From Eledone cirrhosa (lineage: Eukaryota), in NCBI GenBank assembly GCA_964016885.1, contig OZ024765.1, forward strand, positions 13,702,001 through 13,766,000: a stretch of DNA of 64,000 nucleotides, read 5' to 3'. Shown here in pieces: positions 13,211 through 25,700 of the stretch. Made by a program: the position numbers and the translations under genes. The notes below the pieces were generated by a model that was given only the letters and a program-made list of their open reading frames with translations, did no database searches and was not told where the DNA came from. Within the stretch, counting starts at the first letter, position 1. The number at the start of each line of letters is the position of its first letter.

Positions 13211-13387
13211 ATCCCTTTCACTCTCTCTCTCTCTATATATATATGTGTGTGTGTTTATCTATTTCTGTCTGCCTGTCTGTCTGTCTACTTCACTCTGTCT
13301 ATCTATATATCTATATTTATCTCTCTCTACTCCTGGCTATCTCTCTCTATCTCTCTCTTTCTCTTTCTTACTGTTAAACACACACTG

Positions 13388-14805
13388 TGGTGATGGTGGT
13401 GGTGGTGATGATGGTGATGATGGTGATGGTGGTGGTGGTGGTGATGGTGGTGATGGTGGTGATGGTGGTGATGGTGGTGGTGGTGATGGTGGTGGTGGTG
13501 ATGGTGGTGGTGGTGATGGTGATGGTGGTGGTGGTGATGGTGGTGGTGGTGGTGGTGATGGTGGTGGTGGTGGTGGTGATGGTGGTGATAGTGGTGGTGG
13601 TGATGGTGGAGATGGTGGTGGTGGTGATGATGGTGATAGTGGTGATGGTGGTAGTGGTGATGGTGGTGATGGTGGTGATGGTGGTGGTGGTGATGGTGGT
13701 GGTGGTGGTGGTGGTGGTGATGGTGGTGATGGTGGTGATGGTGGTGGTGGTGATGGTGGTGATGGTGGAGATGGTGGTGGTGGTGATGGTGGTGGTGGTG
13801 GTGGTGGTGGTGGTGATGGTGGTGGTGATGGTGGAGATGGTGGTGGTGGTGATGATGGTGATAGTGGTGATGGTGGTAGTGGTGATGGTGGTGATGGTGG
13901 TGGTGGTGGTGGTGGTGGTGATGGTGGTGATGGTGGTGATGGTGGTGGTGGTGATGGTGGTGATGGTGGTGGTGGTGATGGTGGTGATGGTGGTGATGGT
14001 GGTGGTGGTGGTGATGGTGGTGGTGGTGATGGTGGTGATGGTGGTGGTGATGGTGGTGATGGTGGTGGTGGTGGTGGTGGTGGTGGTGATGGTGGTGGTG
14101 ATGGTGGTGATGGTGGTGGTGGTGATGGTGGTGGTGGTGATGGTGGTGATGGTGGTGGTGATGGTGGTGATGGTGGTGATGGTGGTGATGGTGGTGATGG
14201 TGGTGATGGTGGTGGTGGTGATAGTGGTGATGGTGGTGGTGGTGGTGATGGTGGTGGTGGTGATGGTGGTGGTGGTGGTGATAGAGGTGATGGTGATGGT
14301 GGTGATGGTGATGGTGGTAATGGTGGTGATGGTGGTGGTGGTGATGGTGGTGATGGTGGTGGTGGTAATGGTAGTGGTGTTGATGGTGGTGATGGTGGTG
14401 TTGGTGGCATTGGTGGTGATGGTGGTGGTGTTGGTGGTGTTGGTGGTGTTGATGTTGGAGGTGTTGGTGGTGATGGTGGTGTTGGTGGTGGTGATGGTGG
14501 TGTTGTTGTTGGAGGTGTTGGTGTTGGTGTTGGTGTTGTTGGAGGTGTTGGTGGTATTGTGGTATTGGTGGTGATGGTGGTGTTGGTGGTGGTGATGGTG
14601 TTGGTGTTGGTGTTGTTGGAGGTGTTGGTGGTGTTGGTGGTGTTGCTGTTATTAGTGGTGATGGTGGTGTTGGTGGTGTTGGTGGTGTTGGTGGTGATGA
14701 TGGTATTGGTGGTGTTGGTGGTGATGGTGGTGTTGGTGGTATTGGTGGTGGTGGTGGTGTGGTAGTCAATGTTGATGGTGGTGCTGATGGAATGGTGTTG
14801 ATGGT
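13388..14805. repeat. (GGT/GAT)n trinucleotide tract
   Basis: ~1.4 kb of ggt/gat/gtt triplets. Confidence 0.95.
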
Positions 14806-15474
14806 GTTTATTCTTCTCTGCCCCTCTTTCTTCTCTTATTCACCCCCCCCTCCTTCCTCTCCTTTTCTAACCCCCCCCCCACACCTCCTCCTTCCTCAGT
14901 AATTCTTCTATTTCCCTGTCCTCCTCCTCCTCCCCCTCCTCCTCACCACACTGTCACCCTACATCAATATGTCAATTATAGATAAAACATTCCTTATATA
15001 TACATATGTAAGGAGAGTCTTATGTATCGATCAATGGTCCCTCACCACCCCCACCACCCTACATCACACACATCCACCCACACATCTCACACCCCAGATC
15101 TCACCCACCCATCCCTCACACTTCACCCCCCCACACCTCACCCCACCTCTCCCACCACATCCCATCCAACCTGAGATCTCACTCACCACCATCCATCACA
15201 CCTCACCCACACCACCCCATCCCCTCGTACTCCACATCCCACCCCTCAAAATCAGCCAGCCCACACCTCACCCACCCCAGACCCTCAACAACATCTCAGA
15301 CCTCACCCACCCTACACCCCACATACACACCCATGCTGTTCTCTCTTTTTTCTTTTTTTCTCCAGCAGAGATTTTATGAATCTTGGGCAATGATCGAAAA
15401 AATATGATTTCAAATACAAGTGGCAGAAATGGGGTTCCCCGGAAGAGTCGTTGAAGTAATGTTACTCGATAGAG

Positions 15475-15960
15475 TGTAGCTCAGAGATCAGAGAGTCACT
15501 CCAGGTAGAGCTGTTACTTCTCTGAATTGAGAGATCACAGCTCCGATACTATGGACATGTGGTTAGAATGGCTCAGGACACAATCACTGGACAGATTTGT
15601 AGCTCAGAGATCAGAAAGTCACTCCAAGTAGAGCTGTTACTTCTCTGAATTGAGAGATCACAGCTCCGATACTATGGACATGTGGTTAGAATGTCTCAGG
15701 AAAGAATTGCTGGATAGATTTGTAGCTCAAAGATCAGAGAGTCACTCCAGGTAGAGCTGTTACTTTTCCAAATTGAGAGATCACAGCTCCAATACTATGG
15801 ACATGTGGTTAGAATGTCTCTGGACAGATTTTTCAGGCAAAACCAACTGGCAAGAGACCCAGGGGTAGACTTTGAGAAAGATGGTTGGATAACATCCATG
15901 AGCTCAGCTGTCAACTGATCACCATCTAGGTATTTACAACTTGAGACTGCCTAAAGCCAA
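15475..15960 (+). mobile_element. RTE-clade (Rex3/Expander-like) LINE 3' fragment with ~3 copies of the same 123-bp unit
   Basis: SEIRESLQVELLLL*IERSQLRYYGHVVRM repeated, then FQAKPTGKRPRGRL*ERWLDNIHEL. Inverted relative to 4979-6045. Confidence 0.8.
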
Positions 15961-16689
15961 GAAAGTTCACAAGACTGACACCTATGCAATGGCAATCGAG
16001 AGAGAAAATCCTTTCTTTCTCTTTCTCTTCTGCCACATATTCCTGAGAGGGTGATAATGAATAAAGATTTCAAAATAAATTAATTTGTCTCTGTCTAATC
16101 TAAACACTTCAATACCTTCTTTAAAAAAAACAGAAAAAAAACAAAACAAAAGATTTAATCTTAATTTTTACTGATGAATTCCACTCCTTTTTCTCGAATT
16201 TATCAATTAAATAATCTTGATATATCTGTGATGAAGACATGAGGTAAATATTTGAGAGATTCTATAGAGATATCACACCTTAGATTGTTTATTTAAGTAG
16301 ATAAGGGGTGAAAATCTAACCGAACCTCAAAAAACAAAGGTGAGATTATTCAACTCTAGTGGAATCAATCTTACCATATTCCTGTGAATTATGGTTGGTG
16401 ACAATATCCATCACCAATAAATATCATTTCTGAGTGTTTAATTCCTTGTAGCCACATCTGGCCACTGTTTTTCGGTCACTAAGGGTATTTTACCTGATAT
16501 TCTCAGCTATTATTTACAGTAAGCGACTGTTCTTACTTCCGAGTTTGGGACACTCACATTTTCAAACAAGGCTAAAGGGAGGTGACAGCTGTAGAAACTG
16601 TGTCAAACCTGGTATACTACCACAGCAACAACAACAACCATCACCACTGCCATCACAATCACTATCACTAACATCTGCATAGCATTCTT

Positions 16690-17472
16690 GCCACCACCAC
16701 CACCACCACAACCACCTACACACTACCACAACATCTACCATCTACACACCACCACCACCACGCTACCACCACCACCACACTACCACCACCACCACCACCA
16801 CCACCACCACCACCACCACCACAAACATCAACACCCCCCCACACCCCCACCATCACCTCAACAACACCACACTACACCACACCACCACCACAACACCACA
16901 CCACCACACCCCACAACCAAGACACCACCACACTACACCACACCACCACCACAACACACCACACTACACCACACCACAACACCACACCACCACACCACAC
17001 CACACCACAGACCACACCACACCACCATACCACACCACACCACCATCACACCACACCAACACCACCACACCACACCACCACACCACCACAACACCACACC
17101 ACACCACAACCACCACACCACCACACCACACACCACCACACCACAGACCACACCACAGACCACACCACACCACCACACCACCATACCACACCACACCACC
17201 ACACCACCACAACACCACACCACACCACACCACAACCACCACACCACCACACCACACACCACCACACCACAGACCACACCACAGACCACACCACACCACC
17301 ACACCACACACCACCACACCACAGACCACACCACACCACCACACCACACCACACACAACTACACCGCCACCACCACACCACACCACCACCACCACACCAC
17401 CACACAACCACCACCACACCACAGACGACTACACCACCACCGCCACCACCACCACCACCACCACACCACCAC
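16690..17472. repeat. (CAC/CACAC)n low-complexity tract
   Basis: C/A-dominated sequence with local ~100-bp duplications. Confidence 0.9.
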
Positions 17473-17866
17473 CATGTCCCACCTTTCATATCCAACAGTT
17501 ATTGATTCACCATATATTCCAGTCTCAACCAGGATCTTTTAAATGATCAATTTTATATGATTTGTGACTTCTTCTCTGCCTTCTTCTTCTTCTTCTTCTT
17601 CTTCTTCTTTGCCTTCTTCTTCTTCTCCTCATTCTTTTCTTCTCATTTTCTTTCTCATTTTCCTTCTTTGTTGCCCCCCCTCAAATAATACACCATTGCT
17701 ATTCTACTCTAGCCTCCCCGCAAAAAAAAAAATCAAATAATACACCATTGCAATTCTACTCTCCTCTTCTCCTCCCTCCTCTGATATAATTCGATATATA
17801 TTAATTGATATTCCTGTGTAAATTACATAAACTTTCCCCTGCCTCCTTCAATTATTATAATCCTTA

Positions 17867-18275
17867 GTGGATTGGTAAAATCGGTAGAGTGTCAGACACG
17901 ATGCCTTGTGGCATATAGTTACAGTTCATTACATTCTGAGTTCAAATCCCACCTAGGTTAGATTTGCTTTTTATCCTTACGGGGTCGATAAAATAAAGTA
18001 CCTGTAATACACTAGGGTCGATTTAATCAACTTTGCCCTCCCCCCCAAATTGCTGGCCTTGTGCTTAAAATAGAAATCATTATTTTATTGTCATCAGTGG
18101 ATTGGCAGAATCGGTAGAGCGTTGGAGGCCATGCTTTGAAGCATAGAGTTATGGTCCTTTACAGTCTGAGATCAAATCCCGCCGAGGTTAGTTTTGCCTT
18201 TTATCCTTACGGGGGTCAATAAAATAAAGTACCAGTAATACAATCGGGTAATTGCTGGCCTTGTGTGCCAAAAGT
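17867..18275 (+). mobile_element. Two tandem tRNA-derived SINEs, family A
   Basis: Each has gtggattgg(c/t)a(g/a)aatcggtagag, gag(t/a)tcaaatccc, the family A body and ttgctggccttgtg. Confidence 0.85.
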
Positions 18276-19182
18276 TTTTTCTTATCATTTTTTCTTATCA
18301 TTTTATTGTCCACAATGTGGTTGGTGTTAGGAAGGGCATCCAGCCGTGGAAAACCTGCCAAAAATGCTTCTGTATGAGCGAGACATGGTCACCTGACCAA
18401 TCTTGCCTCAAGTAGGACAAGACTGTCCTAGCCATGCTGGAATGGAAGATGGATGTTAAATGATGATAATGATGATGATGATGATGATGTCATTGTCCTC
18501 ATCATTGCCGTTTCATTACCACCACCACCATCACCACCACCACCATCACCACCACCACCACCACCTCCACCACCATCACCACCACCTATCACCACCACTA
18601 CCACCACCACCACAACCAACACCACCACCACCACCACCACCATCACCACCACCACCGCCAACTCAGCAACCACCACCACCACCACCACCACCTCCATCAT
18701 CATCATCACCACCACCACCACTACCATATATATACACCAATATTTTGAATTAAAATTAAAATTTATTTTTATTTTTCTAAACATTTCTTTTCTTTAATTT
18801 GGTCGGGGTGGGCAAGGATGGAGAATGAACATCATAGGGGGTTTCATACTGTCACATTTCATTGTATAAATATTTCTGTCTTGAATAAATTTGAATATAA
18901 TTAAGAAATTCAGGGCAACAGAATCAATAAAAGAGAAGTAGATGTTATTTGAAACTTAAATTTAAATCATTTTTTTTATTTTTTGTTTGGTTTTTGATCT
19001 TGTTTATTTTGTTTTCTTTTATATTTTGTTAAACTGTGGTTTAGTCGAGGTTAAAATCTTTGTTTGGAATCTCTGGTTAAAGTTAAAATCTTTTGATACC
19101 AAAATAGCCAAATCACTTGAAACCATCCCTGGATCTAAGACACTAAGCTGTTTATTTTAAAGGTGAATTGGCAGAGTCGATA

Positions 19183-19556
19183 CAACGGTGTGCAACATAT
19201 TCCATTGGTGGGCCACTTTTGAACATTGGAACAACTATTAGGGCCATTAATATTTATTAAACACTATTCCAAAGATTCACCATAACTTCTTTCCATAACA
19301 TGGAACTGGGAAACTATAACACACATAACCCTATCAGTGAAGCCCTTTAGTATATGTCAACTGGGAAACTAAAACACACATAACCCTATCAGTGAAGCCC
19401 TTTAGTATAGGTCAACTAACAGAAAATTGTATTACGATTACAAAAAAAATTCTAAATAAGCCTATAAGGTAAAAATGAAAAACGGTCATCGTGGGCCACT
19501 CTGACTGGTCTGGCAGGCCGGATTGTGGCCCGCGGGCCACCTGTTGCATGCCCCTG
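19183..19556. mobile_element. hAT-like non-autonomous DNA element
   Basis: Ends caacggtgtgcaaca ... ggcccgcgggccacctgttgcatgcccctg, a degenerate CAGGGG..CCCCTG TIR with the GC-rich subterminal motif typical of hAT MITEs. Confidence 0.5.
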
Positions 19557-19739
19557 CTTTAGAATGTCAGATAGAATGCTTGGCGGTATTTATTTCGGCT
19601 TTCTGCTCTCAGAGTTAAAATCCCGCCAAGGCCAACTTTGCCTTTCATCCATTCAAGGTTCCTAACAATGTACCAGTCAAATACTGGGGTCGATTCTTCC
19701 TCTGAAGCCAATCCAATAATGATAATAATTTTTTTTTTT

Positions 19740-22700
19740 CTCCTTTTGTCAGGTTTCTCTAACAATTAGTAGCTAGTGGAAGCATGGCCTCTCCTTTTGT
19801 CAGGTTTCTCTAGCAATTAGTAGCTAGAGGAAGCATGGCCTCTCCTTGTGTCAGGTTTCTCTAGCAATTAGTAGCTAGAGGAAGCATGGCCTCTCCTTTT
19901 GTCAGGTTTCTCTAGCAATTAGTAGCTAGAGGAAGCATGGCCTCTCCTTTTGTAAGGTTTCTCTAACAATTAGTAGCTAGTGGAAGCATGGCCTCTCCTT
20001 TTGTCAGGTTTCTCTAGCAATTAGTAGCTAGAGGAAGCATGGCCTCTCCTTTTGTCAGGTTTCTCTAGCAATTAGTAGCTAGAGGAAGCATGGCCTCTCC
20101 TTTTGTAAGGTTTCTCTAACAATTAGTAGCTAGAGGAAGCATGGCCTCTCCTTTTGTCAGGTTTCTCTAACAATTAGTAGCTAGAGGAAGCATGGCCTCT
20201 CCTTTTGTCAGGTTTCTCTAGCAATTAGTATCTAGTGGAAGCATGGCCTCTCCTTTTGTCAGGTTTCTCTAGCAATTAGTAGCTAGAGGAAGCATGGCCT
20301 CTCCTTTTGTAAGGTTTCTCTAACAATTAGTAGCTAGTGGAAGCATGGCCTCTCCTTTTGTCAGGTTTCTCTAACAATTAGTAGCTAGAGGAAGCATGGC
20401 CTCTCCTTTTGTCAGGTTTCTCTAGCAATTAGTATCTAGTGGAAGCATGGCCTCTCCTTTTGTCAGGTTTCTCTAGCAATTAGTAGCTAGAGGAAGCATG
20501 GCCTCTCCTTTTGTAAGGTTTCTCTAACAATTAGTAGCTAGTGGAAGCATGGCCTCTCCTTTTGTCAGGTTTCTCTAGCAATTAGTAGCTAGAGGAAGCA
20601 TGGCCTCTCCTTGTGTCAGGTTTCTCTAGCAATTAGTAGCTAGAGGAAGCATGGCCTCTCCTTGTGTCAGGTTTCTCTAACAATTAGTAGCTAGAGGAAG
20701 CATGGCCTCTCCTTTTGTCAGGTTTCTCTAGCAATTAGTAGCTAGAGGAAGCATGGCCTCTCCTTTTGTCAGGTTTCTCTAGCAATTAGTAGCTAGTGGA
20801 AGCATGGCCTCTCCTTTTGTCAGGTTTCTCTAGCAATTAGTAGCTAGAGGAAGCATGGCCTCTCCTTGTGTCAGGTTTCTCTAGCAATTAGTAGCTAGAG
20901 GAAGCATGGCCTCTCCTTTTGTCAGGTTTCTCTAGCAATTAGTATCTAGTGGAAGCATGGCCTCTCCTTTTGTCAGGTTTCTCTAGCAATTAGTATCTAG
21001 TGGAAGCATGGCCTCTCCTTTTGTCAGGTTTCTCTAGCAATTAGTATCTAGTGGAAGCATGGGCTCTCCTTTTGTCAGGTTTCTCTAGCAATTAGTATCT
21101 AGTGGAAGCATGGCCTCTCCTTTTGTCAGGTTTCTCTAACAATTAGTAGCTAGAGGAAGCATGGCCTCTCCTTTTGTCAGGTTTCTCTAGCAATTAGTAG
21201 CTAGAGGAAGCATGGCCTCTCCTTTTGTAAGGTTTCTCTAACAATTAGTATCTAGTGGAAGCATGGCCTCTCCTTTTGTCAGGTTTCTCTAGCAATTAGT
21301 ATCTAGTGGAAGCATGGCCTCTCCTTTTGTCAGGTTTCTCTAGCAATTAGTATCTAGTGGAAGCATGGCCTCTCCTTGTGTCAGGTTTCTCTAGCAATTA
21401 GTATCTAGTGGAAGCATGGCCTCTCCTTTTGTCAGGTTTCTCTAACAATTAGTAGCTAGAGGAAGCATGGCCTCTCCTTTTGTCAGGTTTCTCTAGCAAT
21501 TAGTAGCTAGTGGAAGCATGGCCTCTCCTTTTGTCAGGTTTCTCTAGCAATTAGTAGCTAGTGGAAGCATGGCCTCTCCTTTTGTCAGGTTTCTCTAGCA
21601 ATTAGTAGCTAGTGGAAGCATGGCCTCTCCTTTTGTCAGGTTTCTCTAGCAATTAGTAGCTAGTGGAAGCATGGCCTCTCCTTGTGTCAGGTTTCTCTAG
21701 CAATTAGTATCTAGTGGAAGCATGGCCTCTCCTTGTGTCAGGTTTCTCTAACAATTAGTATCTAGTGGAAGCATGGCCTCTCCTTGTGTCAGGTTTCTCT
21801 AACAATTAGTAGCTAGTGGAAGCATGGCCTCTCCTTTTGTCAGGTTTCTCTAGCAATTAGTAGCTAGTGGAAGCATGGCCTCTCCTTTTGTCAGGTTTCT
21901 CTAGCAATTAGTAGCTAGTGGAAGCATGGCCTCTCCTTTTGTCAGGTTTCTCTAGCAATTAGTAGCTAGTGGAAGCATGGCCTCTCCTTTTGTCAGGTTT
22001 CTCTAGCAATTAGTAGCTAGTGGAAGCATGGCCTCTCCTTTTGTCAGGTTTCTCTAGCAATTAGTAGCTAGTGGAAGCATGGCCTCTCCTTTTGTCAGGT
22101 TTCTCTAGCAATTAGTAGCTAGTGGAAGCATGGCCTCTCCTTTTGTCAGGTTTCTCTAGCAATTAGTAGCTAGTGGAAGCATGGCCTCTCCTTGTGTCAG
22201 GTTTCTCTAACAATTAGTATCTAGTGGAAGCATGGCCTCTCCTTTTGTCAGGTTTCTCTAGCAATTAGTAGCTAGTGGAAGCATGGCCTCTCCTTTTGTC
22301 AGGTTTCTCTAGCAATTAGTAGCTAGTGGAAGCATGGCCTCTCCTTGTGTCAGGTTTCTCTAACAATTAGTATCTAGTGGAAGCATGGCCTCTCCTTTTG
22401 TCAGGTTTCTCTAGCAATTAGTAGCTAGTGGAAGCATGGCCTCTCCTTTTGTCAGGTTTCTCTAGCAATTAGTAGCTAGTGGAAGCATGGCCTCTCCTTG
22501 TGTCAGGTTTCTCTAACAATTAGTATCTAGTGGAAGCATGGCCTCTCCTTGTGTCAGGTTTCTCTAGCAATTAGTAGCTAGTGGAAGCATGGCCTCTCCT
22601 TTTGTCAGGTTTCTCTAACAATTAGTATCTAGAGGAAGCATGGCCTCTCCTTGTGTCAGGTTTCTCTAACAATTAGTATCTAGAGGAAGCATGGCCTCTC

Positions 22701-25700
22701 CTTGTGTCAGGTTTCTCTAACAATTAGTATCTAGAGGAAGCATGGCCTCTCCTTGTGTCAGGTTTCTCTAACAATTAGTATCTAGAGGAAGCATGGCCTC
22801 TCCTTGTGTCAGGTTTCTCTAACAATTAGTATCTAGAGGAAGCATGGCCTCTCCTTGTGTCAGGTTTCTCTAGCAATTAGTAGCTAGTGGAAGCATGGCC
22901 TCTCCTTGTGTCAGGTTTCTCTAACAATTAGTAGCTAGTGGAAGCATGGCCTCTCCTTTTGTCAGGTTTCTCTAACAATTAGTAGCTAGAGGAAGCATGG
23001 CCTCTCCTTGTGTCAGGTTTCTCTAACAATTAGTAGCTAGTGGAAGCATGGCCTCTCCTTTTGTCAGGTTTCTCTAACAATTAGTATCTAGTGGAAGCAT
23101 GGCCTCTCCTTGTGTCAGGTTTCTCTAACAATTAGTAGCTAGTGGTAGCATGGCCTCTCCTTGTGTCAGGTTTCTCTAGCAATTAGTATCTAGTGGAAGC
23201 ATGGCCTCTCCTTGTGTCAGGTTTCTCTAGCAATTAGTAGCTAGTGGAAGCATGGCCTCTCCTTTTGTAAGGTTTCTCTAGCAATTAGTAGCTAGTGGAA
23301 GCATGGCCTCTCCTTTTGTAAGGTTTCTCTAGCAATTAGTAGCTAGTGGTAGCATGGCCTCTCCTTGTGTCAGGTTTCTCTAACAATTAGTAGCTAGTGG
23401 AAGCATGGCCTCTCCTTTTGTCAGGTTTCTCTAGCAATTAGTAGCTAGTGGAAGCATGGCCTCTCCTTTTGTAAGGTTTCTCTAGCAATTAGTAGCTAGT
23501 GGAAGCATGGCCTCTCCTTTTGTAAGGTTTCTCTAGCAATTAGTAGCTAGTGGTAGCATGGCCTCTCCTTGTGTCAGGTTTCTCTAACAATTAGTAGCTA
23601 GTGGAAGCATAGCCTCTCCTTTTGTCAGGTTTCTCTAGCAATTAGTAGCTAGTGGAAGCATGGCCTCTCCTTTTGTCAGGTTTCTCTAGCAATTAGTAGC
23701 TAGAGGAAGCATGGCCTCTCCTTTTGTCAGGTTTCTCTAGCAATTAGTAGCTAGTGGAAGCATGGCCTCTCCTTTTGTCAGGTTTCTCTAGCAATTAGTA
23801 GCTAGAGGAAGCATGGCCTCTCCTTGTGTCAGGTTTCTCTAGCAATTAGTAGCTAGAGGAAGCATGGCCTCTCCTTTTGTCAGGTTTCTCTAGCAATTAG
23901 TATCTAGTGGAAGCATGGCCTCTCCTTTTGTCAGGTTTCTCTAGCAATTAGTATCTAGTGGAAGCATGGCCTCTCCTTTTGTCAGGTTTCTCTAGCAATT
24001 AGTATCTAGTGGAAGCATGGCCTCTCCTTTTGTCAGGTTTCTCTAGCAATTAGTATCTAGTGGAAGCATGGCCTCTCCTTTTGTCAGGTTTCTCTAACAA
24101 TTAGTAGCTAGAGGAAGCATGGCCTCTCCTTTTGTCAGGTTTCTCTAGCAATTAGTAGCTAGAGGAAGCATGGCCTCTCCTTTTGTAAGGTTTCTCTAAC
24201 AATTAGTATCTAGTGGAAGCATGGCCTCTCCTTTTGTCAGGTTTCTCTAGCAATTAGTATCTAGTGGAAGCATGGCCTCTCCTTTTGTCAGGTTTCTCTA
24301 GCAATTAGTATCTAGTGGAAGCATGGCCTCTCCTTGTGTCAGGTTTCTCTAGCAATTAGTATCTAGTGGAAGCATGGCCTCTCCTTTTGTCAGGTTTCTC
24401 TAACAATTAGTAGCTAGAGGAAGCATGGCCTCTCCTTTTGTCAGGTTTCTCTAGCAATTAGTAGCTAGTGGAAGCATGGCCTCTCCTTTTGTCAGGTTTC
24501 TCTAGCAATTAGTAGCTAGTGGAAGCATGGCCTCTCCTTTTGTCAGGTTTCTCTAGCAATTAGTAGCTAGTGGAAGCATGGCCTCTCCTTTTGTCAGGTT
24601 TCTCTAGCAATTAGTAGCTAGTGGAAGCATGGCCTCTCCTTGTGTCAGGTTTCTCTAGCAATTAGTATCTAGTGGAAGCATGGCCTCTCCTTGTGTCAGG
24701 TTTCTCTAACAATTAGTATCTAGTGGAAGCATGGCCTCTCCTTGTGTCAGGTTTCTCTAACAATTAGTAGCTAGTGGAAGCATGGCCTCTCCTTTTGTCA
24801 GGTTTCTCTAGCAATTAGTAGCTAGTGGAAGCATGGCCTCTCCTTTTGTCAGGTTTCTCTAGCAATTAGTAGCTAGTGGAAGCATGGCCTCTCCTTTTGT
24901 CAGGTTTCTCTAGCAATTAGTAGCTAGTGGAAGCATGGCCTCTCCTTTTGTCAGGTTTCTCTAGCAATTAGTAGCTAGTGGAAGCATGGCCTCTCCTTTT
25001 GTCAGGTTTCTCTAGCAATTAGTAGCTAGTGGAAGCATGGCCTCTCCTTTTGTCAGGTTTCTCTAGCAATTAGTAGCTAGTGGAAGCATGGCCTCTCCTT
25101 TTGTCAGGTTTCTCTAGCAATTAGTAGCTAGTGGAAGCATGGCCTCTCCTTGTGTCAGGTTTCTCTAACAATTAGTATCTAGTGGAAGCATGGCCTCTCC
25201 TTTTGTCAGGTTTCTCTAGCAATTAGTAGCTAGTGGAAGCATGGCCTCTCCTTTTGTCAGGTTTCTCTAGCAATTAGTAGCTAGTGGAAGCATGGCCTCT
25301 CCTTGTGTCAGGTTTCTCTAACAATTAGTATCTAGTGGAAGCATGGCCTCTCCTTTTGTCAGGTTTCTCTAGCAATTAGTAGCTAGTGGAAGCATGGCCT
25401 CTCCTTTTGTCAGGTTTCTCTAGCAATTAGTAGCTAGTGGAAGCATGGCCTCTCCTTGTGTCAGGTTTCTCTAACAATTAGTATCTAGTGGAAGCATGGC
25501 CTCTCCTTGTGTCAGGTTTCTCTAGCAATTAGTAGCTAGTGGAAGCATGGCCTCTCCTTTTGTCAGGTTTCTCTAACAATTAGTATCTAGAGGAAGCATG
25601 GCCTCTCCTTGTGTCAGGTTTCTCTAACAATTAGTATCTAGAGGAAGCATGGCCTCTCCTTGTGTCAGGTTTCTCTAACAATTAGTATCTAGAGGAAGCA

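Noticed and set aside
16558-16588. 31-nt minus-strand candidate exon (tttctacag|...|gtgagt)
   Set aside because: No coding signal or partner exon; such site pairs arise by chance.
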